The translations under genes were made by a program, and so were the position numbers. The notes under the pieces are model-generated. The model was not told where the DNA came from. It was given only the letters and a program-made list of their open reading frames with translations, and made no database searches. From Pseudomonadota bacterium (lineage in GTDB: Bacteria > Pseudomonadota > Alphaproteobacteria > Ferrovibrionales > Ferrovibrionaceae): 64,000 nt of DNA. This document shows, piece by piece, positions 38,190 to 48,161 of this stretch (its first letter is position 1; each line of letters starts with the position of its first letter). Location: contig JAEYSS010000220.1 in assembly GCA_023434425.1 (NCBI GenBank), forward strand, positions 3,110 through 67,109. The letters are read 5' to 3'.

Positions 38190-39680
38190 ATGTCTCCCTT
38201 GCCGCGTCGTGCTCTGTTCTTCTTTTCCGCGATCACCTACATCCGGGAAGCGGAGCCCGTTGCACTGTATTTCGCCCGCCGGGGTTGGCAGGTCCGCGTT
38301 GTCTTTGGCCTGTCCGGCGAGCCGCTGGACGAATATGCCGCACGCCTGAAGGCTGGTGGCATCGACGCTGTCGTCGCACCCGACGGACTCAGCTATGGCA
38401 GGGTCGAAAGCGCCAAAGAGGCAATGGCGCGAGAGGATGTGCCAACGCCGCCGAAACCACCGCGCCCGTCAGCTCTGAAGCGACTACTGCGGTGCATTGG
38501 CATTCTTCGGCTACTGCAGGTGCCGAGCCATCTTCCTCGCCTGTTCAAGATCCGGCGCTATGGCGAGACCTTGCTGGACGACTGGCAGCCCAGCGTGGTT
38601 TTCCAGGGCACGTATCACTCCGTCGGCCAGATTGACAATGCCGTGAGCCGAGCCTGCAAGATGCGGGGCATTCCTGTTTTTGGTCTCCCCAATTCACCCT
38701 ATCTGGGTGAAACAATTTTGCGTGTCGCACGCAAGAACCACCTGGTGACCGGCATGGCTGGAAACTATCTGCGTGTCGACTACGATCTTTTCTCCCGCCT
38801 GCTGGCGCTGGTGTTTCCTAGCTGGACCCGCCAGCTCGGCGACGGGGTCACCCGGGTTTTCTACTGGGATCAGACCATGATGGTGGCCGCCTGGCTGTCC
38901 GGCCTGCTCATGAACCGGCCATGGCTGAAACCCTCACTCGATTTCGATGGCACCTTCCTGTTCAGCCAGTTCACGCGCAACCTGCTGAAGGGCGACTACC
39001 CGGATGCGCGCATGCATGTCTACGGACAGCCGCTGCTGGATGAATTCATGGCCCGCATCGGCACGCCCGAACATGCCGCCGCAGTCAGCGCCGCCACCGG
39101 CGTGCCGGTTGGCGTACCCTTCATCCTATTCAATGTGGAGCCCGCCGCCGAACATCTTTACCGCCCCTGGGATCAACACCGGCAGGACATGCGGGTCATG
39201 ATGCAGGGCCTGAAGGCGCGCGGCCTGCCGATCGTGCTTTCGCTGCATCCGCTGTGCCACGAACACGAATACACTTTCGCCGAAGCCGAATTCGGCGCCC
39301 GCATCTGCCGCGACATGCGGATTCATGAAATCTATGCCTATTGCGGGATCAGCGTGTCCTTCCCCTGCTCGACCAACCTGCTAGCCGAACCGTTCGACCG
39401 CCCGCTGGTGATCTACGACATGGACGGACTGATCTCCCGAGACGAGGAAAGTCGGACGATGAACTGGCTGCCGAATGTTGGCGTCGCCAACCGCCCGTCC
39501 GAACTGCAGGATATCCTGCAGGCCGTGACACCGGCGCCGCCGCTTTCGGCGGTACGACAGACGCAGGGGGCTTGCGAGATGATTTTCCGGCATGTCGAAC
39601 GCCATGTCGCTCGCCTTCGCGGCGCTCCCGCTGCAGCCGAGAGTCAATCGCTTCACACCAATCAGGAGGCCCACCAGTGA
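38190..39680 (+). CDS. Hypothetical protein, possibly GT-B / capsule-type glycosyltransferase
   Basis: Long in-operon ORF with VYGQP..D, SLHP and ST motifs, reminiscent of GT-B CMP-sugar transferases. Confidence 0.55.
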   Translation: MSPLPRRALFFFSAITYIREAEPVALYFARRGWQVRVVFGLSGEPLDEYAARLKAGGIDAVVAPDGLSYGRVESAKEAMAREDVPTPPKPPRPSALKRLLRCIGILRLLQVPSHLPRLFKIRRYGETLLDDWQPSVVFQGTYHSVGQIDNAVSRACKMRGIPVFGLPNSPYLGETILRVARKNHLVTGMAGNYLRVDYDLFSRLLALVFPSWTRQLGDGVTRVFYWDQTMMVAAWLSGLLMNRPWLKPSLDFDGTFLFSQFTRNLLKGDYPDARMHVYGQPLLDEFMARIGTPEHAAAVSAATGVPVGVPFILFNVEPAAEHLYRPWDQHRQDMRVMMQGLKARGLPIVLSLHPLCHEHEYTFAEAEFGARICRDMRIHEIYAYCGISVSFPCSTNLLAEPFDRPLVIYDMDGLISRDEESRTMNWLPNVGVANRPSELQDILQAVTPAPPLSAVRQTQGACEMIFRHVERHVARLRGAPAAAESQSLHTNQEAHQ

Positions 39681-40525
39681 ACGCTCTTGCCGCGCTCAAG
39701 AACCAGCTTCGCCCCGGCTACCGCAAACTCGTCGAGAATCCTACCGTCCAGCGGCTGCGCAAGTCACGGAGGGTCTTCGACGGCAAGGCAAAGCGCTATT
39801 TCGCCTCCCACCCGATGAACCGGCCGCGCACCGGAGACCCGATCCTTAACGACCTGCTCGATAACGGCGTCGTCGTGCTGCCGGCCCATTTCGCCGCCGA
39901 TGCCATCGCGCCGATCCATGCGACCTGCCTAGAATATGCCGAAAGGGTGCGCCAGGGAAATCCGGATCCGGCCTGGAGCAGCGTGATCTATGATTCGGAC
40001 GGCATCTACCGTCTGCGTGACATCGAGACGATCGTTCCCGCCGCCAAGCTGATCGTCGAGGACAGGTATCTGCGCTCCCTAGTGCCGCAGTATCTCGGCC
40101 TACCGATCCGAGCAGTGAACACCTACCTCGATTACAAGCCGGATTGGGGCAAGCACGACGACACCACCGTGCCGCACATGGACAGCTGGATGTCGCAGAT
40201 CAAGATATTCACGCTGCTGTCGGAAGTCACGCCCGCCTCCGCGCCGATGGTCTACTGGAAACGCAGCCACCGCGACCGCCCCTGGCGCCGCGACATCGAC
40301 TATGCCCATTTCAGCGAGAGCGATATCGGCAGCGCCGGCATCTGCCCGCCGCATATGCTGCGCGACCGCTCCGGCCAAGAGAACAGCGAACTGGAGAAGG
40401 TCACCATTGTCGGCCCGCCGGGCACGGTGGTGATCGCCGATGTTCGCGGCTTCCACCGCGCGAGCAGCGTTTTCGCCGATTACCGGCTGGAAGTCGTCCA
40501 GAAATTCACCGTGCAGATGTTCTAA
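39677..40525 (+). CDS. 2OG-Fe(II) dioxygenase (PhyH-like)
   Basis: Motifs NGVVVL, PHMD (HxD), IKIFTLL, GPPGTVVIAD..GFHR (distal His). GTG start with GGAGG RBS. Confidence 0.72.
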   Translation: MNALAALKNQLRPGYRKLVENPTVQRLRKSRRVFDGKAKRYFASHPMNRPRTGDPILNDLLDNGVVVLPAHFAADAIAPIHATCLEYAERVRQGNPDPAWSSVIYDSDGIYRLRDIETIVPAAKLIVEDRYLRSLVPQYLGLPIRAVNTYLDYKPDWGKHDDTTVPHMDSWMSQIKIFTLLSEVTPASAPMVYWKRSHRDRPWRRDIDYAHFSESDIGSAGICPPHMLRDRSGQENSELEKVTIVGPPGTVVIADVRGFHRASSVFADYRLEVVQKFTVQMF

Positions 40526-40598
40526 GCCTTTCCGGCTGGCATATTCGCCCTCCGCCGGTCATAACTGCCACGCAACTCACAGATACAGACACCCGATC

Positions 40599-41648
40599 AT
40601 GCCACATATCTATCCGCTCGCCAGCCGCATCCTTCCGCAACTGTTGAAGGATGACCCCATGATCGTGGTTGACGCCGGCGCAAGCGGTGCTGGCGAATAC
40701 ACGCGCTGGAACAGCCTTTTTCCGGACGTGCGCGTTCATGCCTTCGAACCCGACGAAGACGAGACCCGGCGGATGGCTGCAAATGCCCAGCACCATGCCG
40801 ATCACGTCGAATACAGCACCACCTGCCTGGGCCGAGACGAGAAGAATCGGCCGCTCTATGTCCTGAAGGAACGCTTCAACGCGTCCTTTTACGAGATCGA
40901 CATGGAGCACTATCACCGCAAGAAGGCCTATCGCGACGGCAAGCCGATCCGCCAGACAGAGACTTTCGCGCTCGACCATATCTCTCATGTCGACAGCGTC
41001 AGCCTCGACACCTACTTCAAGGATAAAAGCAAATATCCAGACTATATAAAACTAGATATCGAAGGTGCGGAACTGGAACTGATGCAGGCCAGCCCACTCA
41101 GCGTCGCATCCGCGGTGGCGATCAGCGTCGACGTCATTTTCCATGCCGATTGGATCGGGGCGCCGGTCTTTGCGGATATTGATGCCTATATGCGCCAGAA
41201 CGGCTTCGCCCTGTATGACTTCCGCAGCATGAAGCGGAACTTCCAGTTCGACAGTCCGACTGAATTCTATGACGAGTTTGGCCGGCGCGAGGGTCAGGCC
41301 GCCTGCGGTGATGCCATCTATATTCGCGACTTTCAGACGGCCAAGCAACCGCGCCCGCCCTTCAAGACCCTGCTGAAGACGGCCGTAGCAGCGGAAGTGA
41401 ACCGCAGCACCGATTATGCCTTCGAATTGGTCAAGATCGCCATGGACAATGCCCCTGATGCAGAGACGCGCCGCGCACTGGAGCGGATCATCACCGAAGC
41501 GACGGCCGACCACTTCACGCGCCAAGCCGAGTTCGCCGGCCACCGTCGCCTGAAGAATCTCGAAAAGATCGTCACGGCCGTCCTGCCGGCGTCGGCGATC
41601 ACCCCGCTGAAGCCGGTGGCACGCGCGATCCGCCGTATGTTCTCGTGA
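40599..41648 (+). CDS. FkbM-family methyltransferase
   Basis: Motifs VDAGASG, AFEPD, SLD, YIKLDIEGAE. Confidence 0.85.
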   Translation: MPHIYPLASRILPQLLKDDPMIVVDAGASGAGEYTRWNSLFPDVRVHAFEPDEDETRRMAANAQHHADHVEYSTTCLGRDEKNRPLYVLKERFNASFYEIDMEHYHRKKAYRDGKPIRQTETFALDHISHVDSVSLDTYFKDKSKYPDYIKLDIEGAELELMQASPLSVASAVAISVDVIFHADWIGAPVFADIDAYMRQNGFALYDFRSMKRNFQFDSPTEFYDEFGRREGQAACGDAIYIRDFQTAKQPRPPFKTLLKTAVAAEVNRSTDYAFELVKIAMDNAPDAETRRALERIITEATADHFTRQAEFAGHRRLKNLEKIVTAVLPASAITPLKPVARAIRRMFS

Positions 41649-41672
41649 CCGCCTCACCCCGGCAGACCGGCC

Positions 41673-42701
41673 ATGTCCGTTCCCTCTGAAAACATCACCG
41701 ATATCGGCGAGAAGCTGAGCGAAAACGAGCTTTGCCCCGCAGACATGCTGCGCAAGCAGGAGGAAGCTTTCGCCCGCGACATCGTCCGGATGCACAAGCG
41801 CGCCGCCGAATTCGTCGACGTGAACTGCCCGGCCTGCCGCGGCACGACACGCAAACTAGCCTTCGATAAACACGGCTTCGCCTTCCAGCGCTGCGATTCC
41901 TGCCGCACCATCTATATGTCGCCGCGTCCCTCCGAGACCGTGATGGCCGACTACTATGCCAATTCTGAGAACTACGCCTTCTGGGCCAAGCATATCTTCC
42001 CCGCTTCGGAAGCGTCGCGCCGTGAAAAAATCCATAAACCATGGCTTGAACGCGTCGTCGGCTATTGCGACCGGTTCGGCGTCCGGCGCGGCACTTTGAT
42101 CGAAGTCGGACCCGGTTTCGGTACCTTTTCTTCCGTCGCCACACAGTCCGGCGCCTTCGAACGCGTGATCGCCGTCGAGCCAACGCCGGACCTAGCTGCG
42201 GCCTGCCGCGAGCGCGGCGTCGAAGTTATCGCCAAGCGTATCGAAGAGGCCGAGGGCGAACTGCCGCCGGCCGATGTCGTAGTTGCCTTCGAGGTGATCG
42301 AGCATCTCTTCGAACCGGAGCGCTTTGTCGCCGGCATACATCCGCATATCGCGCAGGGCGGTCTGCTGATCCTGTCTTGCCCGAATGGTGTGGGTTTCGA
42401 CATCGCCATGCTGGGCGCCGATGCGCTGGCGGTGGATGCCGAGCACGTCAACCTCTTCAATCCGGACTCGCTTCGTATCCTGCTGGAGAAGAACGGCTTC
42501 GAAGTATTGCACTCCCATACGCCCGGTCGCCTAGATGCGGAATTCGTCCGCGAAGCGGCCCTGAAGGGCGTCGTGACGCTCGACCCGTTCATGCAACGCG
42601 TCCTGATCGATGAATGGGACAGGCTGGGCTGGCCGTTCCAGCAGTTCCTGGCCGCCCAGAATCTGTCCTCGCATATGTGGCTGGTGGCGCGCCGCGCGTA
42701 G
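41673..42701 (+). CDS. Class I SAM methyltransferase with Zn-ribbon
   Basis: CPAC..CDSC, then IEVGPGFG, FEVIEH, EHVNLF. Confidence 0.87.
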   Translation: MSVPSENITDIGEKLSENELCPADMLRKQEEAFARDIVRMHKRAAEFVDVNCPACRGTTRKLAFDKHGFAFQRCDSCRTIYMSPRPSETVMADYYANSENYAFWAKHIFPASEASRREKIHKPWLERVVGYCDRFGVRRGTLIEVGPGFGTFSSVATQSGAFERVIAVEPTPDLAAACRERGVEVIAKRIEEAEGELPPADVVVAFEVIEHLFEPERFVAGIHPHIAQGGLLILSCPNGVGFDIAMLGADALAVDAEHVNLFNPDSLRILLEKNGFEVLHSHTPGRLDAEFVREAALKGVVTLDPFMQRVLIDEWDRLGWPFQQFLAAQNLSSHMWLVARRA

Positions 42702-42739
42702 CGCGCCGGGGTCGGTCCGACTGGAACGAGGGGAATGCC

Positions 42740-43663
42740 GTGAAAGACAGCACAAGAGACACTGCGCAGGACTCGGTGAAGCGCTGCTACTCCACTTGGG
42801 GCGAGCGCTATTACGACGAATATTACCACTCTGAAACCGCCTATCCGCCGGTCCATACCGGCATCATGCGCGACATGATCCAGGCGGCTGGACCGCGTAC
42901 CGTGCTGGACGCCGGCTGCGGCCCGGCCTCGATGCTGCGCGACCTGGTCGATCTGCCGGCAGAATTCTACGGCTTCGACCTCACACCGGAGATGGTCCAG
43001 GTCGCCCATGAGGTCCTGGGCAAAAGCGGCCTGCCGGCGGACCGCGTCTGGCAGGGCAGTGTGCTCGATCCGTTAGCCTATCGTCATGCCGGCAGCGACC
43101 GTTCGACGTTCGATTTCGCGCTCTGCTTCGGCGTCCTGCCGCATATTCCGGCTGGTGATGACGCCACCGTGCTGCACAACCTGACGGCCGCCATCAATCC
43201 AGGTGGCCGCATCGCCATTGAGGCACGCAACCAGCTGTTTGCGCTGTTCACCTTGAATCGCTACAGCCGTGACTTCTTCCGTCAGACCCTGATTGACGAG
43301 GCCGGATTGCGGGCGAAGGCCAGTGGCGACGAAACTGCCGCCCTCAATGCAGCCTTCGAGGAGATCAACCGGCACTTCCGCGCGGACCTGCCGCCAATCC
43401 GCAAGGGCTATGAGGACGAGCCCGGATATGACGAGGTCCTGTCGCGCACGCACAACCCGTTCGAACTGGCGGCCCAGGCCCGCGCCGCCGGGCTGGTCGA
43501 TGTGGAGGTCCTCTTCTATCACTTCCACGCTCTACCGCCGATGGTTGAAGCCGAGATGAAGCCGTTCTTCCGCCGCGCCAGTCTCGACATGGAAAACCCG
43601 CGCGACTGGCGTGGCTATTTCATGGCCTCTGCCTTCATCCTCACCGGCACGAAACCCGCTTGA
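42740..43663 (+). CDS. Class I SAM methyltransferase
   Basis: Motifs LDAGCG, GFDLT, FGVLPH, NPGG. GTG start. Confidence 0.85.
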   Translation: MKDSTRDTAQDSVKRCYSTWGERYYDEYYHSETAYPPVHTGIMRDMIQAAGPRTVLDAGCGPASMLRDLVDLPAEFYGFDLTPEMVQVAHEVLGKSGLPADRVWQGSVLDPLAYRHAGSDRSTFDFALCFGVLPHIPAGDDATVLHNLTAAINPGGRIAIEARNQLFALFTLNRYSRDFFRQTLIDEAGLRAKASGDETAALNAAFEEINRHFRADLPPIRKGYEDEPGYDEVLSRTHNPFELAAQARAAGLVDVEVLFYHFHALPPMVEAEMKPFFRRASLDMENPRDWRGYFMASAFILTGTKPA

Positions 43664-44358
43664 TCACATCGCCCGACATTGCCGCGTCCGGCGGCTGGGA
43701 AGCGCATAACATCTGGCAACACAGCCGTACCGTGCGCGAGCTGTACATCGCGCGGGCTCGCGACGAGGCCGAAGAGATGACCTGCGCCGCCCAGGCCGCC
43801 GAACTTTTGCAGGGCCTGGCGCGTGACGGCGAGAGTCTTCTCGATATTGGCTGTGGCTCCGGCTACTTCCTGCATTCGCTACGCCGGCGCAATATACCAC
43901 TAGCCTATCATGGCATTGATGCCACCCGCGACTTCATCGAGATCGGCCAGCGCGAACTGGCCCGTTTCGGCTTGCCCGCCACCAACCTGCAGCCCCTGCG
44001 CATCGAGGATCTGCAAGGCATAGCCGACCATGTCCTGTGCATGAACGTGTTGTCGAATATCGACAACTACCACAAACCGTTGGAACGCATCCTGAAATCC
44101 GCCAGCAGGAGCGTCATCCTGCGTGAGTCAATCGCTGAGGCATCCAGCTACGCCTTCGTGCGCGATGAATATTTGGATGCCGGCGTCGCGCTGAACGTGC
44201 ATGTAAACACCTATGCTCGCGACGAGATCGCCCGGTTCATCGAAAGCTACGGCTTCCGGGTCTCCTTCATTCTTGATCGCAGGACGAAAGGCAAGCCGGA
44301 GTTGGTGATCGGGCACCCCCACCACTGGACCTTCGTGCAGGCCCAGCGCATCTCCTAA
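43660..44358 (+). CDS. Class I SAM methyltransferase
   Basis: Motifs LLDIGCGSG, YHGID, NVLSN. TTG start overlapping the upstream stop. Confidence 0.82.
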   Translation: MITSPDIAASGGWEAHNIWQHSRTVRELYIARARDEAEEMTCAAQAAELLQGLARDGESLLDIGCGSGYFLHSLRRRNIPLAYHGIDATRDFIEIGQRELARFGLPATNLQPLRIEDLQGIADHVLCMNVLSNIDNYHKPLERILKSASRSVILRESIAEASSYAFVRDEYLDAGVALNVHVNTYARDEIARFIESYGFRVSFILDRRTKGKPELVIGHPHHWTFVQAQRIS

Positions 44359-44375
44359 CCGAAGGTTTCTCACCA

Positions 44376-46214
44376 ATGTCCCGCATTACCGGCTGTATCT
44401 CCCCCGCGTCGATCGAAGATCGAGAGCGCGTCGCCCGCATGCTGGCTGCCATGCCGACGCCGACGGAGTCGCGCCAGTTGACCCAAGCCGGAACGGCCGC
44501 ATTGGGTTGGACCGGCCGTGCGGGCGGGCGCGGCGGCGCTTGGAACATCGACGGCCTTGCCATTGCCATCGACGGCGCCGTCGCCAATACTGATGAGCTC
44601 GATGTTCCCGGCGCACATGACGGCGCACGCATCGCCGCGCTGTACCGCCGCGGCGGCATCGACGCCGTCGCCGCCAGACTGGCTGGCGACTACGCCATCG
44701 CCCTTTATGACTCCGCAGCCCATACCCTGTGGCTGCTGCGCGACCGCCTCGGCGTCAAACCGCTGTACTATGCAGCTGGCAATTCCGGCCTCGTCTTCGC
44801 CTCCCAACCGTCGGGACTGTTCGCGGCGGGCGTATCCCGCCGGCCCAACCCCGCCTTCCTCGCCCGCTTCTGCGGCCTGCATTACCGGCTGATCGACAAC
44901 GATGCCGCCACCTCGCCCTATCTCGGCATCGCGCAACTTCCTGCTGGCCACCTGCTCAAGGCTGTCGGCGGCACGCCCCCCAGCGTCCATTGCTACTGGA
45001 CCCTGCAGGAAGCCGAGGAATGGCGGGGGGATGAAGCGACGCTCGCCGAGCAGTATCGGGAAATGCTGTTCCGCGCTGTCGGCCGGCGGCTTTCCATCGC
45101 CGACCGCCCCGCCTTCACCCTGTCGGGCGGACTCGATTCCTCGTCCGTGCTGTGCTCGGCCGCGCATCTGCAGGGCAAACGTCAGTTCGCGACCTCCAGC
45201 GTCTATGTCGACGCCACCTATGACGAGCGGGACGAGATCAAGGATGTCGTCGACGAAAAGGTCTCGGAATGGATGCCGATCGAGATTCCCAATCGCATCG
45301 ACCTTATCGACATCGTCCGCAAGATGGTCCGCATTCACGACGAGCCAGTGGCAACCGCCACCTGGCTGTCGCACCAGATCCTGACGCAGGCGATCGCCGA
45401 TCGCGGCTTCACGTCGCTCTTCGGCGGCTTGGGTGGCGACGAACTGAACGCGGGCGAATACGAATATTTCCCCATGCTGTTCGCCGATCTGCTGCAGGCC
45501 GGCCAGGCTGAGCGCTACGACCACGAGGTGCAGGCCTGGGCGCATCATCATGACCACCCGATCTTCCGGAAGACGCCGGAGACCGCGAAAGCAATGATGG
45601 CACGCATGACCGACCCGTCAGTGCCGGGAAAATGCCGCACTGACGAGACGCGCATGTTGCGCTACGCCACCACCATCCGGCAGGACTATTTCGATTTTAG
45701 CGGCTTCACCCCCGTGATGGACGCGCCCTATCGCAGCTACCTGAAGAATCGCACCTTCCAGGACATCGTCCGCGAAACCCTGCCCTGCTGCCTGCGCGCC
45801 GAGGACCGACAGTCCACTGCCGCCGGCCTTGATCATTACGACCCCTTCCTTGATCACGACCTGGTCGAATTCATGTTCCGCGTGCCGGGACACATGAAAA
45901 TCCGCGACGGCGTCACCAAGCGCCTCTTGCGCGTCGCCATGAAGGGTGTGCTACCCGAAGCAACCCGCACGCGGATAAAAAAGACCGGCTGGAATGCTCC
46001 CGCGCATCAATGGTTCCAAGACAAAGCCCTGTCCGGATTGCGCGACATGATCCACTCGACCAAGATTCGCAATGTCGGCTTCCTGAACGAAACGGAAGCC
46101 GACCGCATTATCGACGAACACATGGCGATTGTCCGAGATGGCGTTGTTAAAGAAAACCATATGATGTTCCTGTGGCAATTGCTGAATACCGTCACATGGC
46201 TCGAAACCATCTGA
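44376..46214 (+). CDS. Asparagine-synthase-like amide ligase 2 (no N-terminal Cys)
   Basis: Motifs RDRLGVKPLYY, LSGGLDSS, GLGGDE, PFLD are present. The N terminus reads MSRITG. Confidence 0.85.
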   Translation: MSRITGCISPASIEDRERVARMLAAMPTPTESRQLTQAGTAALGWTGRAGGRGGAWNIDGLAIAIDGAVANTDELDVPGAHDGARIAALYRRGGIDAVAARLAGDYAIALYDSAAHTLWLLRDRLGVKPLYYAAGNSGLVFASQPSGLFAAGVSRRPNPAFLARFCGLHYRLIDNDAATSPYLGIAQLPAGHLLKAVGGTPPSVHCYWTLQEAEEWRGDEATLAEQYREMLFRAVGRRLSIADRPAFTLSGGLDSSSVLCSAAHLQGKRQFATSSVYVDATYDERDEIKDVVDEKVSEWMPIEIPNRIDLIDIVRKMVRIHDEPVATATWLSHQILTQAIADRGFTSLFGGLGGDELNAGEYEYFPMLFADLLQAGQAERYDHEVQAWAHHHDHPIFRKTPETAKAMMARMTDPSVPGKCRTDETRMLRYATTIRQDYFDFSGFTPVMDAPYRSYLKNRTFQDIVRETLPCCLRAEDRQSTAAGLDHYDPFLDHDLVEFMFRVPGHMKIRDGVTKRLLRVAMKGVLPEATRTRIKKTGWNAPAHQWFQDKALSGLRDMIHSTKIRNVGFLNETEADRIIDEHMAIVRDGVVKENHMMFLWQLLNTVTWLETI

Positions 46215-46238
46215 TATCACAAACGGGAGCTCGCCTTC

Positions 46239-47225
46239 ATGCCAATGATCATCGCTGAAATCGGCTCAGTACATGACGGCAGCTTCGGAAATGCCGTCAA
46301 GCTGATCCAGGCCGCCGCAGCCTGTGGCACCGATGTCGTCAAATTCCAGACCCATATCGCCGCTGCCGAGACGACGCGCAACGCACCAATGCCGCCCTAT
46401 TTCAAGGGTGAGCCGCGGTTCGAATATTTCGAACGTACCGGGTTCAGCGAGGAGCAGTGGCGTGGCCTGCAGCAGGCCTGCCGCGATTCCGGCGTCCGTT
46501 TCCTGTCCTCGCCCTTCTCCATAGAGGCCGTCGACCTTCTGGAGCACATCGATGCCGATCTTTACAAGGTCCCATCGGGTGAAACGACCAACACCCCGCT
46601 GCTGGAGCGCCTGGCCCAGACCGGCAAACCGGTCCTGCTGTCCACCGGCATGAGCGATTGGGCGGAGATCGACCGCGCCGTCGCCATCCTCAAGCAAGGT
46701 GGCCCACTCTGCGTCATGCAATGCACCTCCGCCTACCCCTGCCCCCCAGAGCGTGTCGGCCTCAACGTACTGGCGGAGATGCGCGACCGCTATGGCGTGG
46801 AGATCGGCTACTCCGACCACACGCTTGGGCTTGGTGCCGCCGCCGCCGCCGCCGCATTGGGCGCCACCACCGTGGAAAAGCACTTCACCTTCTCCAAGCT
46901 GATGTATGGCAGCGATGCCGCCCATTCGATGGAGCCGGCGGAGTTCAGCCAGTTCTGCGCCACGCTGCGGGAAATCTGGGCCATGCGCGACCATCCGGTC
47001 GACAAGAATGACCTTGCGCCCTACCGCGAGATGAAGCGCATCTTCGAAAAGAGCGTGGTGGCCGCCCGCGACATTCCCGCCGGCACAGCGCTGACCCTGG
47101 ACATGCTGGCCTTCAAGAAGCCCGGCGACGGCATTCCGGCCGCGCAGTATCGGGACATCCTGGGCCGCACCGCCCGGCAGGCAATCTCCGCTGACATGCC
47201 GCTACGCCCCGAACTGCTGGGTTGA
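46239..47225 (+). CDS. neuB: Nonulosonic acid synthase (NeuB family) 2, with SAF domain
   Basis: Motifs IAEIGSVHDG, VKFQ, KVPSGE, LSTGMS, QCTSAYP, GYSDHT, EKHFT, KKPGDG. Confidence 0.92.
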   Translation: MPMIIAEIGSVHDGSFGNAVKLIQAAAACGTDVVKFQTHIAAAETTRNAPMPPYFKGEPRFEYFERTGFSEEQWRGLQQACRDSGVRFLSSPFSIEAVDLLEHIDADLYKVPSGETTNTPLLERLAQTGKPVLLSTGMSDWAEIDRAVAILKQGGPLCVMQCTSAYPCPPERVGLNVLAEMRDRYGVEIGYSDHTLGLGAAAAAAALGATTVEKHFTFSKLMYGSDAAHSMEPAEFSQFCATLREIWAMRDHPVDKNDLAPYREMKRIFEKSVVAARDIPAGTALTLDMLAFKKPGDGIPAAQYRDILGRTARQAISADMPLRPELLG

Positions 47226-47256
47226 ACAGCGGCACACCCAGGAAGGAGATCGGCGG

Positions 47257-48144
47257 ATGGATCACAAGACTTGTGCTTTATGCTTGGGCACGTTGAACCG
47301 TGTCGCCCTGACGCATGGCCGTCCCGACCGGTTCGAAGTGGCGCTGGGCATTCCAGCCGAAGGATACAGCCGCAGCTGGCAGATATGCGACACCTGCGGT
47401 TCGGCCACGAACCAGCATAAGCATGTCACTTCCGAGCGCCTGGCCGCGATGGGCACTGCCTATTATGAGGTCGACTTTGCTGGCGGCCCGTTGCGGCCGA
47501 AATTCGATCGCGTCATGGCAATGCCGGCCAGCCAGTCCGACAATGCCGGCCGGGTCACGCGCGTGCTCAATGCCGTCGGGCGTTTTGGCCCCGCGCCGGG
47601 CGGCCCCATCCGCCTGATCGACATCGGAGCAGGGCTCGGCGTGTTCGGTGCCCGCTTTCTGGCCGAGGCCCGGGCGCGGGGCCGTGATGCGGCCTGCACC
47701 CTCTATGAGCCCGACCCCAAAGCGGCCGAGCACCTGCGTAGTCTGGACGGGCTTGATATCGTGGAAGGCCTGTTCTCCGCGACCACAGCAAAGGTCGGCG
47801 CCGCGCAGGTCATCACCATGAACAAGGTCTTGGAGCACATCCGCGCGCCGCTTGGCGTTCTGCAGGATATTGCTGCCTGCCTGCATCCGTCCGAAGGCTT
47901 TACCTATATCGAGGTCCCGGATGTCGCGACGATTGATACCCGGCCGCCGGAAGACAACATCCTAGGCGCCCTGCATCACCATCTCTATTCACCTGCCGGA
48001 CTGGGCCTGCTGCTGCGGCGCGCCGGTTTGGAACCTCTTCTAATCGACAGGATTGTGGAGCCCAGCGGCAAGCTGAGCGTCTATGCTTTCGCTGGCCATT
48101 CGGCTCTGCTGAAGCGCTTGGCCGCCAGAATCAGGCCGGCCTAA
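47257..48144 (+). CDS. Class I SAM methyltransferase (paralog of 26458)
   Basis: CALC..CDTC, then IDIGAGLG, NKVLEH, YIEVPD, EPSGK. Confidence 0.85.
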   Translation: MDHKTCALCLGTLNRVALTHGRPDRFEVALGIPAEGYSRSWQICDTCGSATNQHKHVTSERLAAMGTAYYEVDFAGGPLRPKFDRVMAMPASQSDNAGRVTRVLNAVGRFGPAPGGPIRLIDIGAGLGVFGARFLAEARARGRDAACTLYEPDPKAAEHLRSLDGLDIVEGLFSATTAKVGAAQVITMNKVLEHIRAPLGVLQDIAACLHPSEGFTYIEVPDVATIDTRPPEDNILGALHHHLYSPAGLGLLLRRAGLEPLLIDRIVEPSGKLSVYAFAGHSALLKRLAARIRPA

Positions 48145-48161
48145 CCTACCCGGAGTATGAA

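Noticed and set aside
44376..46214. AsnB2 as a lasso-peptide cyclase
   Set aside because: No precursor peptide, B-protein protease or RRE gene seen nearby. The context is nonulosonate synthesis.
46836..46854. GCC triplet run in neuB2 (and a GCG run near 33952-33970)
   Set aside because: These encode poly-Ala helices in frame and are not functional repeats.
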